NCBI GenBank assembly: GCA_964016885.1 | Contig: OZ024741.1 | Coordinates: forward strand, 160,952,001 to 161,016,000 | Direction: 5' to 3' | Length of the DNA stretch: 64,000 nucleotides | Source of the DNA: Eledone cirrhosa | Lineage: Eukaryota | In this document: positions 39,122-51,201 of the stretch, one piece after another | Layout: each line of letters begins with the position of its first letter | Numbering within the stretch: position 1 is the stretch's first letter | Notes under the pieces: generated by a model | Told to the model about the DNA's origin: nothing | The model's database searches: none | The model's input: the letters and a program-made list of their open reading frames with translations, nothing else | Position numbers and translations under genes: made by a program

Positions 39122-40943
39122 TAGATAGGAGTAACTATAGAGGCATTAAATTAATCGACCAGGTCATGAAGGTCACGGAAAAAGTAATAGCGCAACTAAT
39201 CAGAGAGAGAATTGATCTAGATGAAATGCAATTCGGGTTTGTGTCAGGCAAAAGTACCACAGACGCTTTTTCATTGTACGACAACTACAGGAGAAGTACC
39301 TAGCTAAAGGTAAACCCCTCTACTTAGCTTTTGTCGACTTGGAGAAAGCCTTCGACAGAGTCCCCCGCTTCATTATCTGGTGGGCTCTTAGAAAACTAGG
39401 CGTTGACGAATGGCTTGTGAGGGCTATACAAGCCATGAATAAAGAAACAGTCAGCAAGGTTAGAATTAACAACGAATATAGTGAAGAGTTTAGCGTAAAA
39501 GTTGGCGTCCATCAGGGCTCTGTTCTCAGCCCCCTACTATTTATTATTGCCCTTCAGGCTATAACAGAGGAGTTCAAGACCGGCTGCCCATGGGAACTCC
39601 TATACGCAGACGACCTGACACTCATAGCGGAATCAATGGCCGAGCTAGAGAAGAAATTCCAAACATGGAAGCACGGCCTAGAGTCAAAAGGACTTAAAAT
39701 TAACCTGGCTAAGACTAAAGTTCTAGTTTGTAGGAAAGAAAACAAGGCGGCGGTCCCTTCTGGGAAATGGTCGTGCTCGGTGTGTAGGAAAGGCGTAGGT
39801 AGAAACTCCATTTTATGTCCTAAATGCAAAGTATGGGTGCATAAAAGATGTAGTGGGATCACAGGTAAGTTAACTAAGAACATAGATTTTACATGTGGCC
39901 GGTGTTCTGGTGCAATAAGTAGCAGCAAGTGCCCACAAATACTAGCTCTTTCAATTGCGCAGAGGGTTCTATAGAAATAGTGGACAGCTTCCGTTACCTG
40001 GGCGATAAAATCAGCAGTGGGGGAGGGTGCTCTGAAAGTACAGTAGCTAGAGTCAGAACTGGTTGGAAAAAGTTCAGAGAGGTTATACCACTATTAGCTG
40101 CTAAAGGGTTCTCCCTAAAAATGAAAGGCAGGTTGTACGATGCCTGCATACGAACAGCAATGTTGCATGGCAGTGAGACCTGGGCATTGTGTGCAGAGGA
40201 TATACGCAGACTAGAGAGGAACGAAGCTTGCATACTCCGCTGGATGTGTAACAGTAATATACGTGAACGGCAAAGCATAAACGAACTAAGGAAAAAATTA
40301 GAGATAAGAGGGATCAGATGTTGTTTACTCGAGAGAAGGCTACGTTGGTATGGACACGTGATGCGCATGAAAGTCGATAGCTGTATAACAAAGTGCAGGG
40401 CAATAAAGATAGACGGTAGCCACGGAATAGGCAGACCTAGAAAAACCTGGGACGAGCTGATAAACTCCGACCTCACACACTTACACCTCTCCAAGACAAT
40501 GTCACTGGACCGAGACCTTTGGCGGTACTCAGTAACAGAGAAGACCCGCCTTACCTAAATACATAGTAAAACCTACTACAGCCAGTAGGCATCTCTAACA
40601 AAATACACCCCGTCCCACCCCCACCCCATCCCCACCACCCCGTTCTATGTAAAGTTATGTTGGTGCCGCGCCATCCAGGCCGAAACAAATGAGATCGTGT
40701 AGGTGTCACGACAAAAAAACACACAGTCCACGCTGTAATGTGGCCGTGTAGGCAACACGGTAAAAACCTCCCAGACCCACACTGTAAATGTGGTTGGTGT
40801 TAGGAAGGGCATCCAACTGTAGAAAACCTGCCAGACAGTCCTATGCGAGCAAGACAATCACTCTTGCCTCAAGTGGGACTACCCCCGTCCAAACCCATGC
40901 AAGCGTGGAACACGGACGTTAAACGTTGATGATGATGATGATG
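39122..40943 (+). mobile_element. 5'-truncated RTE LINE (RT, PHD-like insert, 3' UTR, (TGA)n tail)
   Basis: DLEKAFDRV, GVHQGSVLSPLLF, LLYADD, FRYLG, RRLRWYGHV. Frameshifts near 39270 and 39930. Confidence 0.93.
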
Positions 40944-41652
40944 AATGTATAATAAATAATTGTTTCTACGTTAGGCACAAGGCCAGCAATGAACCAGTGT
41001 ATTACTGGTACTTTATTTTATCGACCCCGTAAGGATGAAAGGCAAAGTTAACCTCGGCGGGATTTGAACTCATAATGTAAAATAAATAATACAATATACA
41101 TAAACGAACTAAGGAAAAAATTATTATTAAAAAATATAATTACCTCATTACCAGAGGTTTCCCGAATATATATATATATATATATATGAAAAAGTGAGTC
41201 CTTCATCAGTGACCCTCCAACCGTCCTAGGCATTTCATCGCTTTAAGGGCCATATGCCTCAGGTTGGTGCGAACAACGGCTAAAAAAAGTCGTTGGGACA
41301 CGTAAACAAAGGGGACGCCAGGGTAACAACAAAAAAGTTTAAGCAACGGAAAGTGAGAGGAAATAGACAAGTCCCAGATCTCTATGAATATAAACTCGGT
41401 GAAATCTTGAACAAGAGACAAAAGACCATCAAACCTGGTTGAAATGTGAGCAAGGAAAGAATTTCGCCCAAGTTTGACGGGGGGGAAAAAAGAGAGATAG
41501 AAAGGAGAGAAGAGGAAGAAGAAGAAGAAGAAGAAGAAGAAGAAGAAGAAGAAGAAGAAGAAGAAGATAAAGGGGTCTGGTCTACGAATTCGGTAAACGT
41601 AAGTTTTGTGAAGTCGCAGACGAAAGAGAGAGAGAAAAAAATTCCATACCAG

Positions 41653-41697
<45 letters not shown>

Positions 41698-41703
<6 letters not shown>

Positions 41704-42231
41704 TGGTATGGACATGTGATGCGTATGAAGGATGACAGCTGCATAAAAAGGTGCAGAGCACTAGAAGTCGATGGAAACCGCGGAGTGGGGAGACCCCAAG
41801 ATGACCTGGGATGAGGTGATAAAAGCCGACCATACCCAATTACACCTCTCAAAGGCAATGACACACGACCGTGACCTCTGGCGTCACGCAGTAATACAGA
41901 GTACCCGACCTCCCATGGGTGCAAGCTGAAGCATATAGACAATATACCCCCCCCCCCCACCGCAAGGTGATCGTGGAGGTGCCACGGCAAAAAAGCACCC
42001 AGCCCACACTGTAAAGTGGACGTGTATGCGCCACGAAAAAGCACCCAGCACTCACTGTAAATGAGGTTGGTGTTAGGAAGGGCATCCAGCTGTAGAAATC
42101 AAGCCAAATCAGTTCCTGTATGAGCAAGGCATGGTCAGCCGACCAGACACTGCCCACAACAGGACAACCCGTCTAACCCATGCTAGCGTGGAAGAACGGA
42201 CGTAAAACGGTGATGATGATGATGATGATGA
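41698..42231 (+). mobile_element. RTE LINE 3' end
   Basis: RWYGHVMRMKDDSCIKRC..GRP, family 3' UTR and (TGA)n tail. Confidence 0.85.
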
Positions 42232-42474
42232 TACATATATGTATATTTAACATTTTTTTTCATTTATTTTGTTTTGACCTGTTAAGCTTGATTTGGTTTT
42301 TGGCTTGGGTGGTTAATGCCTTCTTGACCACCTTTTCAGTTTTTTATGGCTTCTTAATACATTTTTTAGCTCTGATTTTTAACCATTGAGCACTTTGCCA
42401 GTATAATTTCTGATTTTTGCGTCTCGCTTCGCTTTTCCTGCTCGCCGAAAATGAATTCTCGCTGAATCTATCTT

Positions 42475-42566
<92 letters not shown>

Positions 42567-42678
42567 GAGGTTATATTTAATTAAACATTTTTTATAACTG
42601 ATATAAAGCACTCAACAGTTTAGTGGACTAAATATACAATATATTAATAAATGGAAACTATATTTATAAAGCCATATT

Positions 42679-42744
42679 TATTTTATTATACATATTTCAA
42701 GGGCAACCAACGCAAATTATGGTGCGCTTTCATCAGATAAAATA
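42679..42744 (-). ncRNA. type I hammerhead ribozyme motif in the PLE 3' end
   Basis: tattttat-CTGATGA-aag...ctt-GAAA-tatgta-TA-ataaaata (8-bp stem I). Confidence 0.85.
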
Positions 42745-42913
42745 CAGATTTGTTTTATAAATAAATATTGACATACCCGGAAAAAAAGGACAACCTTAAC
42801 TGTTGGAGCTTCCTGGATAGTGGAGATATTACATTTATTGAGGGTAATACAAAATTATGAGTGAGTATGCAAATGAGTGTCCGAAAGGTTGAAAAGATAA
42901 CGGTTTATTTAAA

Positions 42914-45658
42914 TTAAACTGTTGGAAGAAGGTGATATGTGAGGAAGAGAGAAAAAATAGAAAAAAGAAAAAAAGGAATATAATAAAAGTAAGAATTAGA
43001 AATAGCGTGGGGGCAAGAAGAGAATATCTCAGACTTTCTATTAAGTAAGGATTCACTAGAGAAAATTATAGAGTGTGTCTCGAGGATACAGAGATTACAA
43101 AATTTAGTATGTGTAGAAAGGTTATTAGAGCGTGCTACTAAACGCCAATTAAGGCTATATGGTATATTAGCCCCCTTAAGATCCCAGATATAGTGTGCTA
43201 AAGAAGTAGAATTCTTAAACTTAACATGTTTGAAATTAGAGATATGAGAATTAAACCTAGTCTTAAAAGTGTTAGATGTAGAGCCTATATAAGTTCTATT
43301 AGAGGAATTAGTTATAACTACGCAAGCATAAACGATGTTCTTAGAGAGGCAGTTACCGTTTAAAGGGCAGTTAGCACTCACTCTACAGTTACACTTCCGG
43401 GTGCTATTGATTGGCTGAAGTAGTGATGCATTACACGTAGGATTACTATTAGATAAGGTCTGCTCTGGTAGTAAGGCATTTGCAGATCTGTTCAGACTAG
43501 TAGTATGTAGAGAGGAGTATCCATCCCTAATTTTCCTATTGTTAGTGCTAGCTAAATGAGAACTAATATTAGGGGTGGTAGAGAATGAAAGTTTAATAAC
43601 ATTTTTATTAAAAATACTATGGTATTTATGAGAAGGGGGGAAATTTTTCTCTAAGATAGAAAAGAAAGACCTAGGGATATTAGTTAATACTTCCTGATTA
43701 TATGGCGGGTTAAAATAAGTATTTAGTCTCCTATTTGTATCCTTTCCGACTCTACCATTATCTAATATCCCATTATTAAGACTAGGGTTATTACAAGGAT
43801 TAGTTAAAACCGCATTATTAGAATCAGCCGAAATTCCATTAAGTCTCTTTCTGTTTCTACCTCTAGTAGATCTGCTGCTGTCTGGAATCCCATCAAAAGG
43901 ATTAGGGCCAATAATAGGATCAGTAGAAACAACATTATTAGAATTAGATCTAGCAAAAGCATCACCAATGAGTGAGCGCTCAGAGGGTTCGACTTGATTC
44001 CTAGAGGTATTATATTCCCTATTACGAGTCCGGTGGGTTAACTTATGGATGGGTTCAGATACACCTATGCAATTTTTACGATTATTATGCTTCCTACTCC
44101 CATTCATGGCCATGTTATGGGATATTATGTTATTATTATTATAAGTATAAGTAAGCGGAGACTTTCTAAGGTTACTATTATTATAATGTATTTTACTAGA
44201 GTAACCGGAATTAGCTAGGGCATTATTATAGTACTCCGCATGTTCATTAAATGTTCCTACGTCCTTAGAGAGTGTGGAAATCCTATTAGATACACCCTTA
44301 ATTATAGAGCTTATCATAGATTTGGGGTGGTTAGAATTGGGACTAACATAAGAAAGTATTTCATTAGGCTTATGGAAGGATTTAAAACTATTAGTGACCA
44401 AGTCCAAAGTCACATCTAAAAAGTTGACCGCTCTATCGTTTCTATCTATCGTGATCGAAAGGTTATAGCTTTTAAAAAACTTATAAAGCTTCTTCTTATT
44501 ATGCTCGACATTGTTGGTGCTAGAGTTAATCACAAACAATGCATCATCACGATATAGTCCGCCTTTAAGGTGCGGAAAGGTAACATATAGTTCATTTAGG
44601 AGGAACAACCCAACAAGATCAGTTACCTGGGCCGAATCACTAGAACCCATTGTAACGTCGAAATTGTTGGGCGTGTTTTTACGGGTCCAAAATGTGTCCT
44701 CAAAATTAATGATAGTTCTACGGGCTGCTAGTATAATATCTACCTGTGATCGTGTAAGGCTGGACACTCTCATGGCCAACATTAAGGCTTTATTGAGGAG
44801 GATGGGTGAAATCGATGTGTAGTAGGCATCAATATCGAACTGGATAAACTTATTAGATTCAAGTTTATTAATCCCAGAGAACCAATCTATAACTTCCTTA
44901 GTGTTCCCCCATAGGTTAAAATTAACTTTATCCCTAACATCAGGTATAATAAGATCAAGGATTGTTTTACTGATTATGGCTATATCGGACTTAGGACAGA
45001 TGAGTCTAACAGAGGGGTTACTAATGAAGTCTACCTTATGATCCTTAAGAGTGAATCTCGGTTCTCTAGGGTAATATGGCTGGGTATACTTATCAAGGCC
45101 GAGGTCCGAGACTATTTTAAGACCCTCACTATTGATATGGTTCAAATTATCTAGCGTAGTCTTTTTATAATTTCTATGCAGCTCCTTATAAATAAAGTCA
45201 CGGTAAGCACTGTAATCCATAGAGTATAGATTCTTAGTCTTATCCGCCGGGACAAGAATAGACTTATTCGCACTAAAACCCTTAACAATATTTTTAAGTC
45301 TAGACTGGAACTTATCAAATTTATTATAATTTCTATGTCTATTATTTGGCCTATACTTAATATTTTTGACAAGAGAGAGTAAGTCGCTTTCAAAATTATC
45401 TAATAGAACATTATGTGGTGGGCTCTTATAAGTTTTGAAGCCATAGTTATTAAAATTTGTTCTATTCCTGGGGTCCTTCCTATTCCTATTAATATCATAG
45501 TGGAAAGCACACCATCTAATCCTTTTTACGAAGGAGTTAACACTAGCAATCAATAGTTTTTCGTAAGTATTCTTAGAGGGGGTGGGAATATTCTTCAGAG
45601 ATAAAGGCTGGTAACTCTTTGTTAGCATACTGTCAGATATATATAAAGGCCAAAACAC
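42914..45658 (-). CDS. Penelope-like retroelement ORF (RT + GIY-YIG endonuclease), 914 aa, uninterrupted
   Basis: PADKT, FDIDAYY, TMGS, YRDD, NFLDV, HP..S...RIS, FNPPY, CNCR..CPL.G.CL, IVY...YIGST, R...H, CNLC..E and LN.KSEI..CPH. Confidence 0.95.
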   Translation of the reverse strand: MFWPLYISDSMLTKSYQPLSLKNIPTPSKNTYEKLLIASVNSFVKRIRWCAFHYDINRNRKDPRNRTNFNNYGFKTYKSPPHNVLLDNFESDLLSLVKNIKYRPNNRHRNYNKFDKFQSRLKNIVKGFSANKSILVPADKTKNLYSMDYSAYRDFIYKELHRNYKKTTLDNLNHINSEGLKIVSDLGLDKYTQPYYPREPRFTLKDHKVDFISNPSVRLICPKSDIAIISKTILDLIIPDVRDKVNFNLWGNTKEVIDWFSGINKLESNKFIQFDIDAYYTSISPILLNKALMLAMRVSSLTRSQVDIILAARRTIINFEDTFWTRKNTPNNFDVTMGSSDSAQVTDLVGLFLLNELYVTFPHLKGGLYRDDALFVINSSTNNVEHNKKKLYKFFKSYNLSITIDRNDRAVNFLDVTLDLVTNSFKSFHKPNEILSYVSPNSNHPKSMISSIIKGVSNRISTLSKDVGTFNEHAEYYNNALANSGYSSKIHYNNSNLRKSPLTYTYNNNNIISHNMAMNGSRKHNNRKNCIGVSEPIHKLTHRTRNREYNTSRNQVEPSERSLIGDAFARSNSNNVVSTDPIIGPNPFDGIPDSSRSTRGRNRKRLNGISADSNNAVLTNPCNNPSLNNGILDNGRVGKDTNRRLNTYFNPPYNQEVLTNIPRSFFSILEKNFPPSHKYHSIFNKNVIKLSFSTTPNISSHLASTNNRKIRDGYSSLHTTSLNRSANALLPEQTLSNSNPTCNASLLQPINSTRKCNCRVSANCPLNGNCLSKNIVYACVVITNSSNRTYIGSTSNTFKTRFNSHISNFKHVKFKNSTSLAHYIWDLKGANIPYSLNWRLVARSNNLSTHTKFCNLCILETHSIIFSSESLLNRKSEIFSSCPHAISNSYFYYIPFFLFSIFSLFLTYHLLPTV

Positions 45659-45845
45659 CAGTATATAGGAGGAAGCTCAACCAATCGGGAGCAGTGACAA
45701 GGATTAAAATACAGGAGCGTGTTGGAGTTAAACACCCTCTTCGTATTATAGAAATGACAGTAAAAGGTATAGCTCAATGTAATTAAACAGAGCCGAAGAA
45801 TTATGAAAATAAAACAAAGAAGCCTTCAATACATCAAAAGTCTTT

Positions 45846-45890
45846 ATTAGCCAACAATGTTTCGTGCTATTAAGGACTCATCAGGGCAAT
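45846..45890 (-). ncRNA. minimal type I hammerhead ribozyme motif 5' of the PLE ORF
   Basis: attgcc-CTGATGA-gtccttaatagcac-GAAA-cattg-TT-ggctaat. Confidence 0.75.
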
Positions 45891-46230
45891 CAAAACCACA
45901 AGAAGCACTATCGGCCAATACAAGCCGAAAACTCCGAAGAATATGGAGTGTACATACACTAAAGTATTGGAAGATTATGGGTAAAAATATATAATAAAAA
46001 TCACTAAGGAGGTGGATAACATTTTGAACCATATTACAAATATAGTCCAAAGCAAAAAAACTAGAGCTAAACAAAGGTGGTTATATAGAGCGGGAATTAT
46101 AGTAGTATATGTAATACAATATAATATAATATAATATACTTGTAACAATATTAAAATTAAAATTAAAAGGCACAATATACATATGTATATATGTACGCAT
46201 TTTCATAATTCTTCGGCTCTGTTTTAATCG

Positions 46231-46306
<76 letters not shown>

Positions 46307-47626
46307 GAATGAAAGGTATAGAAAGTATTGTAGCAAGAAGCCAACAGTATTCCATATATATTTTATATATATTACATTCAAAGTTATGGATGTCATGATT
46401 GAAATAATCTCGAAAATGTGTCTTGTCCCTCAAAATAAGCTCAAAGAAAAAATTCAAAGAATAAATCTGAGCATTTAATCATTAGAAAATACTGAATGAT
46501 ATACACTCACACAAATATCTAATGATATAAATGTATAATAGAATATATCAAACTTTTACAAGAGACAATCTGGTTAGAATGTAAGAATACATATTACAGT
46601 ATCATATTAAAATTTAACAAACATTTTAAATATAGATATATATGATTTTTATCAGGCATCTAGCAGTTATATAACTGTATACTATCAGGCATCATATATA
46701 GGTTCGGTCAAACCGTCTTCTTCGGAAACAATCAGATTGTTTCAATATGATCAAGCCTCCGAAACGATCGTAAAACAATCATATGAATAGGTAAAATAAC
46801 TTAACTTTGTTATTGTTTTCGTTGTTAAATTAATATCTAATACACACACATACATATATATATATGTTTAACGGAAGGTATTAGGACGGTTATTTAGATA
46901 TGTGATAATAACAATGTTGTTAGAAGAGATAACATGAATATAATATAAAGAATATTAAGAATAAATGATTTGGTTATATATAGTTTACTTCACGTGAATC
47001 TTTTAATAAGTACATATAAAAACAGTTACCAATGGTTGTTAAAGTTGTTATCGTTTCTGATGTGAGGCTGTTGTTGTTGGTGTTAAAACGGCGAGTTACA
47101 GATAATTGTTGTTGTTGTTGGAATTCGTGGTAATAGTTGTTAGACCGTGTTAGTTAGAGAGTATGGTATGTATAGCTCTGAAAGGTCTGTAGTAACTGAG
47201 AAATACCGTCAACTGCATACAGCGGTGTGGTCTGTAGTAACAGAGGTTCCAATCTCTGTAGTGTGTATCTGTAGACTTCATAGGGTCTGTTGGTAGACCA
47301 AAGGGGTCTGTTCATAGCAGTAATCCTTACATAGTTAGTTGTATATCCTATCGCTTCGATCTCTCTGTGTGGAATCGCTTGTACATGGTCTGTATATAGC
47401 TGCCACTCTTCCTGTCCCCCAACCTGACCATGTTAACGCAATAAATGTGGTGACCTAAAATTTAACCTTTAGGTATCACCCAAAGTTCAAGGCGCGGACA
47501 GATTTCGCTACATATGTATATATATATATATATACATATGTAGCGAAATCTAAAGGTTAAATATATATATATATATATATATACATATACACATACACAC
47601 ATATATAAATATACACAAACATGCAC

Positions 47627-47737
<111 letters not shown>

Positions 47738-48010
47738 TATATATATAAATGGAATAGAATGAAACGAAATTTCATTTCTCACTCTTAGAACGGCACTTAC
47801 TTAAATGTAAGTATGTATGTATACGTACTTACATATATGTATACAGACGTACAATAGTATGTATATATATACATACATGCACACATATATATATATATGC
47901 ACGTATCGGTTTACCGAACATTTATTATAATGCTCGGTTTGTTTGTTTGTAAACAAACAGATAGCCCGAATTACGCCGTACAGACGTTCAACCATCTGGC
48001 AGGAAGGTAT

Positions 48011-48053
48011 ACGATGCTGACGATAGCTAATAAGCTTGAAACTAGTACATCGT
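48011..48053 (+). ncRNA. minimal type I hammerhead ribozyme motif
   Basis: acgatg-CTGACGA-tagctaataagctt-GAAA-ctag-TA-catcgt. Confidence 0.88.
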
Positions 48054-48462
48054 TCCTGTGTCAGTGTTAAACACAAAGGTGACGTGGTTGCCTAAACACT
48101 GTATGGTGTAATTCGGGCTGTTTGTTTGTTTACAAACAAACAAACCGAGCATTATAATAAATGTTCGGTAAACCGATACGTGCATATATATGTGTGTGCA
48201 TGTATGTATATATATATATATACATACTACTGTACGTCTGTATACATATATGTATGTACGTATACATACATACAGACTTACATTTAAGTAAGTGCCGTAC
48301 TAAGAGTGAGAAATAAAATTTCGTTTCATTCTATTCCATTTATCGTTTTCGATGTGCCCGGCCGACTGAACTCACTCGATATGCAAATTAGGCTGCTCAG
48401 CCGTTAATATGCATAAGGAAAGTATATATTTTCAGACGTTCAACCATCTGGCAGGAAGGTAT

Positions 48463-48505
48463 ACGATGCTGAAGATAGCTAATAAGCTTGAAACTAGTAC
48501 ATCGT
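48463..48505 (+). ncRNA. minimal type I hammerhead ribozyme motif (second monomer)
   Basis: acgatg-CTGAAGA-tagctaataagctt-GAAA-ctag-TA-catcgt. Confidence 0.88.
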
Positions 48506-51109
48506 TCCTGTGTCAGTGTTGAACAAAAAGGTGACGTGGTCGCCTAAACACTGTACGGCGTAATTCGGGCTGTTTGTTTGTTTACAAACAAACAAACCGA
48601 GCATTATAATAAATGTTCGGTAAACCGATACGTGCATATATATATGTGTGCATGTATGTATATATATATACATACTACTGTACGTCTGTATACATATATG
48701 TACCTATACATACATACTTACATTTATATATATATATATATATATACACACACATATATATACATACACATACATACATATATATATATATATATTGTCC
48801 CATAAAGAATTTGGAGAATACATTTGTTTGTCTATTTATTTATTTGTATTGATAGCTATGATGTTTTAGGAGAGTAAGTGGTGACCCCGACGTGATCTTC
48901 TACAATGTCTTTGTTTTGTATTGTTTTATAGTTATTCGAACAGCCTGCTTGTGAAATTATTAATGTGCAAGTGGTTGATCATTCCACGCAGGTGTATCTT
49001 TAAGGTTGTTCTCAGAGAGATTCAGCGTAACACTGTGATAAGGCCGGACGTTCTGAATTACTGATACAATTCTTTTTTTTCCCAGTTAGATGAGGTGGAC
49101 GGGAAATACTGTCTTGTTCAAAGACACATTAACACACTCATATGCATACATGATGGCTGCAAACTCTGCTAAGAGTACTGCAATTGCTTGGGGGATTATA
49201 GAGTTTGGTGCATTTTTAGGTTACGGCCAGTCACACAAACCTGTAACAGACCCTGAACAACCAATGGCTGTGCTTTGATTGTTTTTTAAGTGGAGAAAGG
49301 CCTTGCATTCACCCAATCCCACTCTCAGCATCGAAAACACTACCCGAAAAGAAGAACTGGTCATCATCATCGGATGCTTCTGAACTCGCAGATTTTTTTT
49401 TCAAAGTTTCCCTCTCCTAGAAAGGTGTTGTGATGATGAGAATAGCTACCAAGGGGCGATAATAGAGGAGATAGAGATGGCGTGGAGTGACGCACAAGGA
49501 TGGTGAGAAAATCTACTAACCAGTGTACAGTGATAGTGAGGATAGTTACTAAGGGGAGCTAGTGGAGGGTGGTAATGTCGATGGGGTATGCGAGGAAGAG
49601 TCATTTTGGCCATTTAAAAATACAAAACTGTCAAACTTACTTTATATTCTGTCATGAAAAGCCATTGATATCTTATAAATATAATTGAGTAGTATCTAAT
49701 AAGAACAAAACATACTGTTAAAGGGAACAGAAAATAAGAAAGAAAAAAAGAAAGCAAAGGAGAAAAAGAAAGAAGGACCAAGCAACGAAAGAAATGGAGA
49801 GGGGAAGAGCACACACTACACCCCAATCTGAGCGGTACCTCAGCCGCGACCGCGGACAAAACAGCAAAAGCGTTACAGGGCCAGAGACAACCACTGCAAC
49901 AGCCACCCCACAATTTCTTGGTGTTAAAATTTTCATGTGTTTTCTTATTGTTGGTATGGGAAAACAATGAGAGAAACTGGAAAGAGAGAGAGCAGCAGAA
50001 AATGCTTCAGAATAGATATGGCAAAAGTGCTGATGGCTGGAGGAATAATGTGTGTTATTGTGTGGCCCTACTTAAAATCCCGGATATTCGCTAGTAACAT
50101 CTGTAGCTTGACACCACAGGAAGGGAAAATACAGTCGGAAAGTGGCATAATCTTCGAGAACTTTAGGTGACTGCTGAAGGCAGGCCCATATTCAGGCTGG
50201 GTGGGACCGGACTTCAGAACATTCTAGGTGGTCACACTAATTCCCAACAATTCTAAGGCGAGGTTTTGAATAAGCATATTACACCGTATTTTTTTTCTAA
50301 ATCTGAGGATGTACATTTGAAAAGAAGGTGGGAAGAGGGGGGGGGGGGCAATTTCACCCAGTGCACCAGCCCCTGTGACAGGCCCTGCTAAAGGGAATGT
50401 CCCGCAATGCAAGTTGTATGCAAAATATTGTAAAAAAAGTAAAAACAAAACAAAACAAAAACATATTAACCAATTTATAAAAGAGAAATGACACATTATT
50501 TACGTTCATATTTTCTATAATATTGGCTAGACACGGGTGATGGGTGATCAGAATCGTTAGAACGTCGGACAAAAGGTTCTGCGGCATTTAGTTACGGCCC
50601 TTTATGTCCTGAGTTCAAATCCCGCCGAGGTCAACTTTGCCCTTCATCCTTCCTAGGGTTATAAAATAAATTACCAGTCATGTACTCCACTCTCTCCCTT
50701 CCCACAAATTGCTGTCCTTGTACCTAATTGTTTCTACTTTTGGCACAAGGCCAGCAATTATCTCAGTACATTACTGGTACTTTATTTTATCGACCCCGTA
50801 AGGATGAAAGGCAAAGTTAACCTCTGCGGGAATTGAACTCAGATCGTAAAGAGACGTAACTATGCTGGAAAGCATATCCGACCCTCTACCGATACTGCCA
50901 ATTCACCGCCCTTTCCATATCATAATTGTTTTCGTTTTAGGCACAAAGCCAGCAAAATCCAGTACATTACTGGTACTTTATTTTATCGACAGGATGAAAG
51001 GCAATATTAGCTCGACAGGCAGACATCTGAACGGAGAGAGAGAGGGGGGGGGGTATGAGAAAAAATATAAACGGACTTAAAATGTGAGTGTGAGGGAAAG
51101 AAACAAAGA

Positions 51110-51141
51110 AAACTGGAGAGAGAGTGTGTGAGAGAGAGAGA

Positions 51142-51201
<60 letters not shown>

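Larger units (their letters stand above)
47745..48726 (+). mobile_element. non-coding retrozyme-like element: inverted partial copy plus about 1.6 tandem 452-nt monomers, each with a hammerhead
   Basis: Monomers start at 47981 and 48433. 47745-47983 is the reverse complement of 48099-48343. Flanked by (TA)n. Confidence 0.8.

Noticed and set aside
49641-49655. Ras gene (MTEYK start)
   Set aside because: Only five residues match, and no downstream LVVVGAGGVGKS exon was found in the window.
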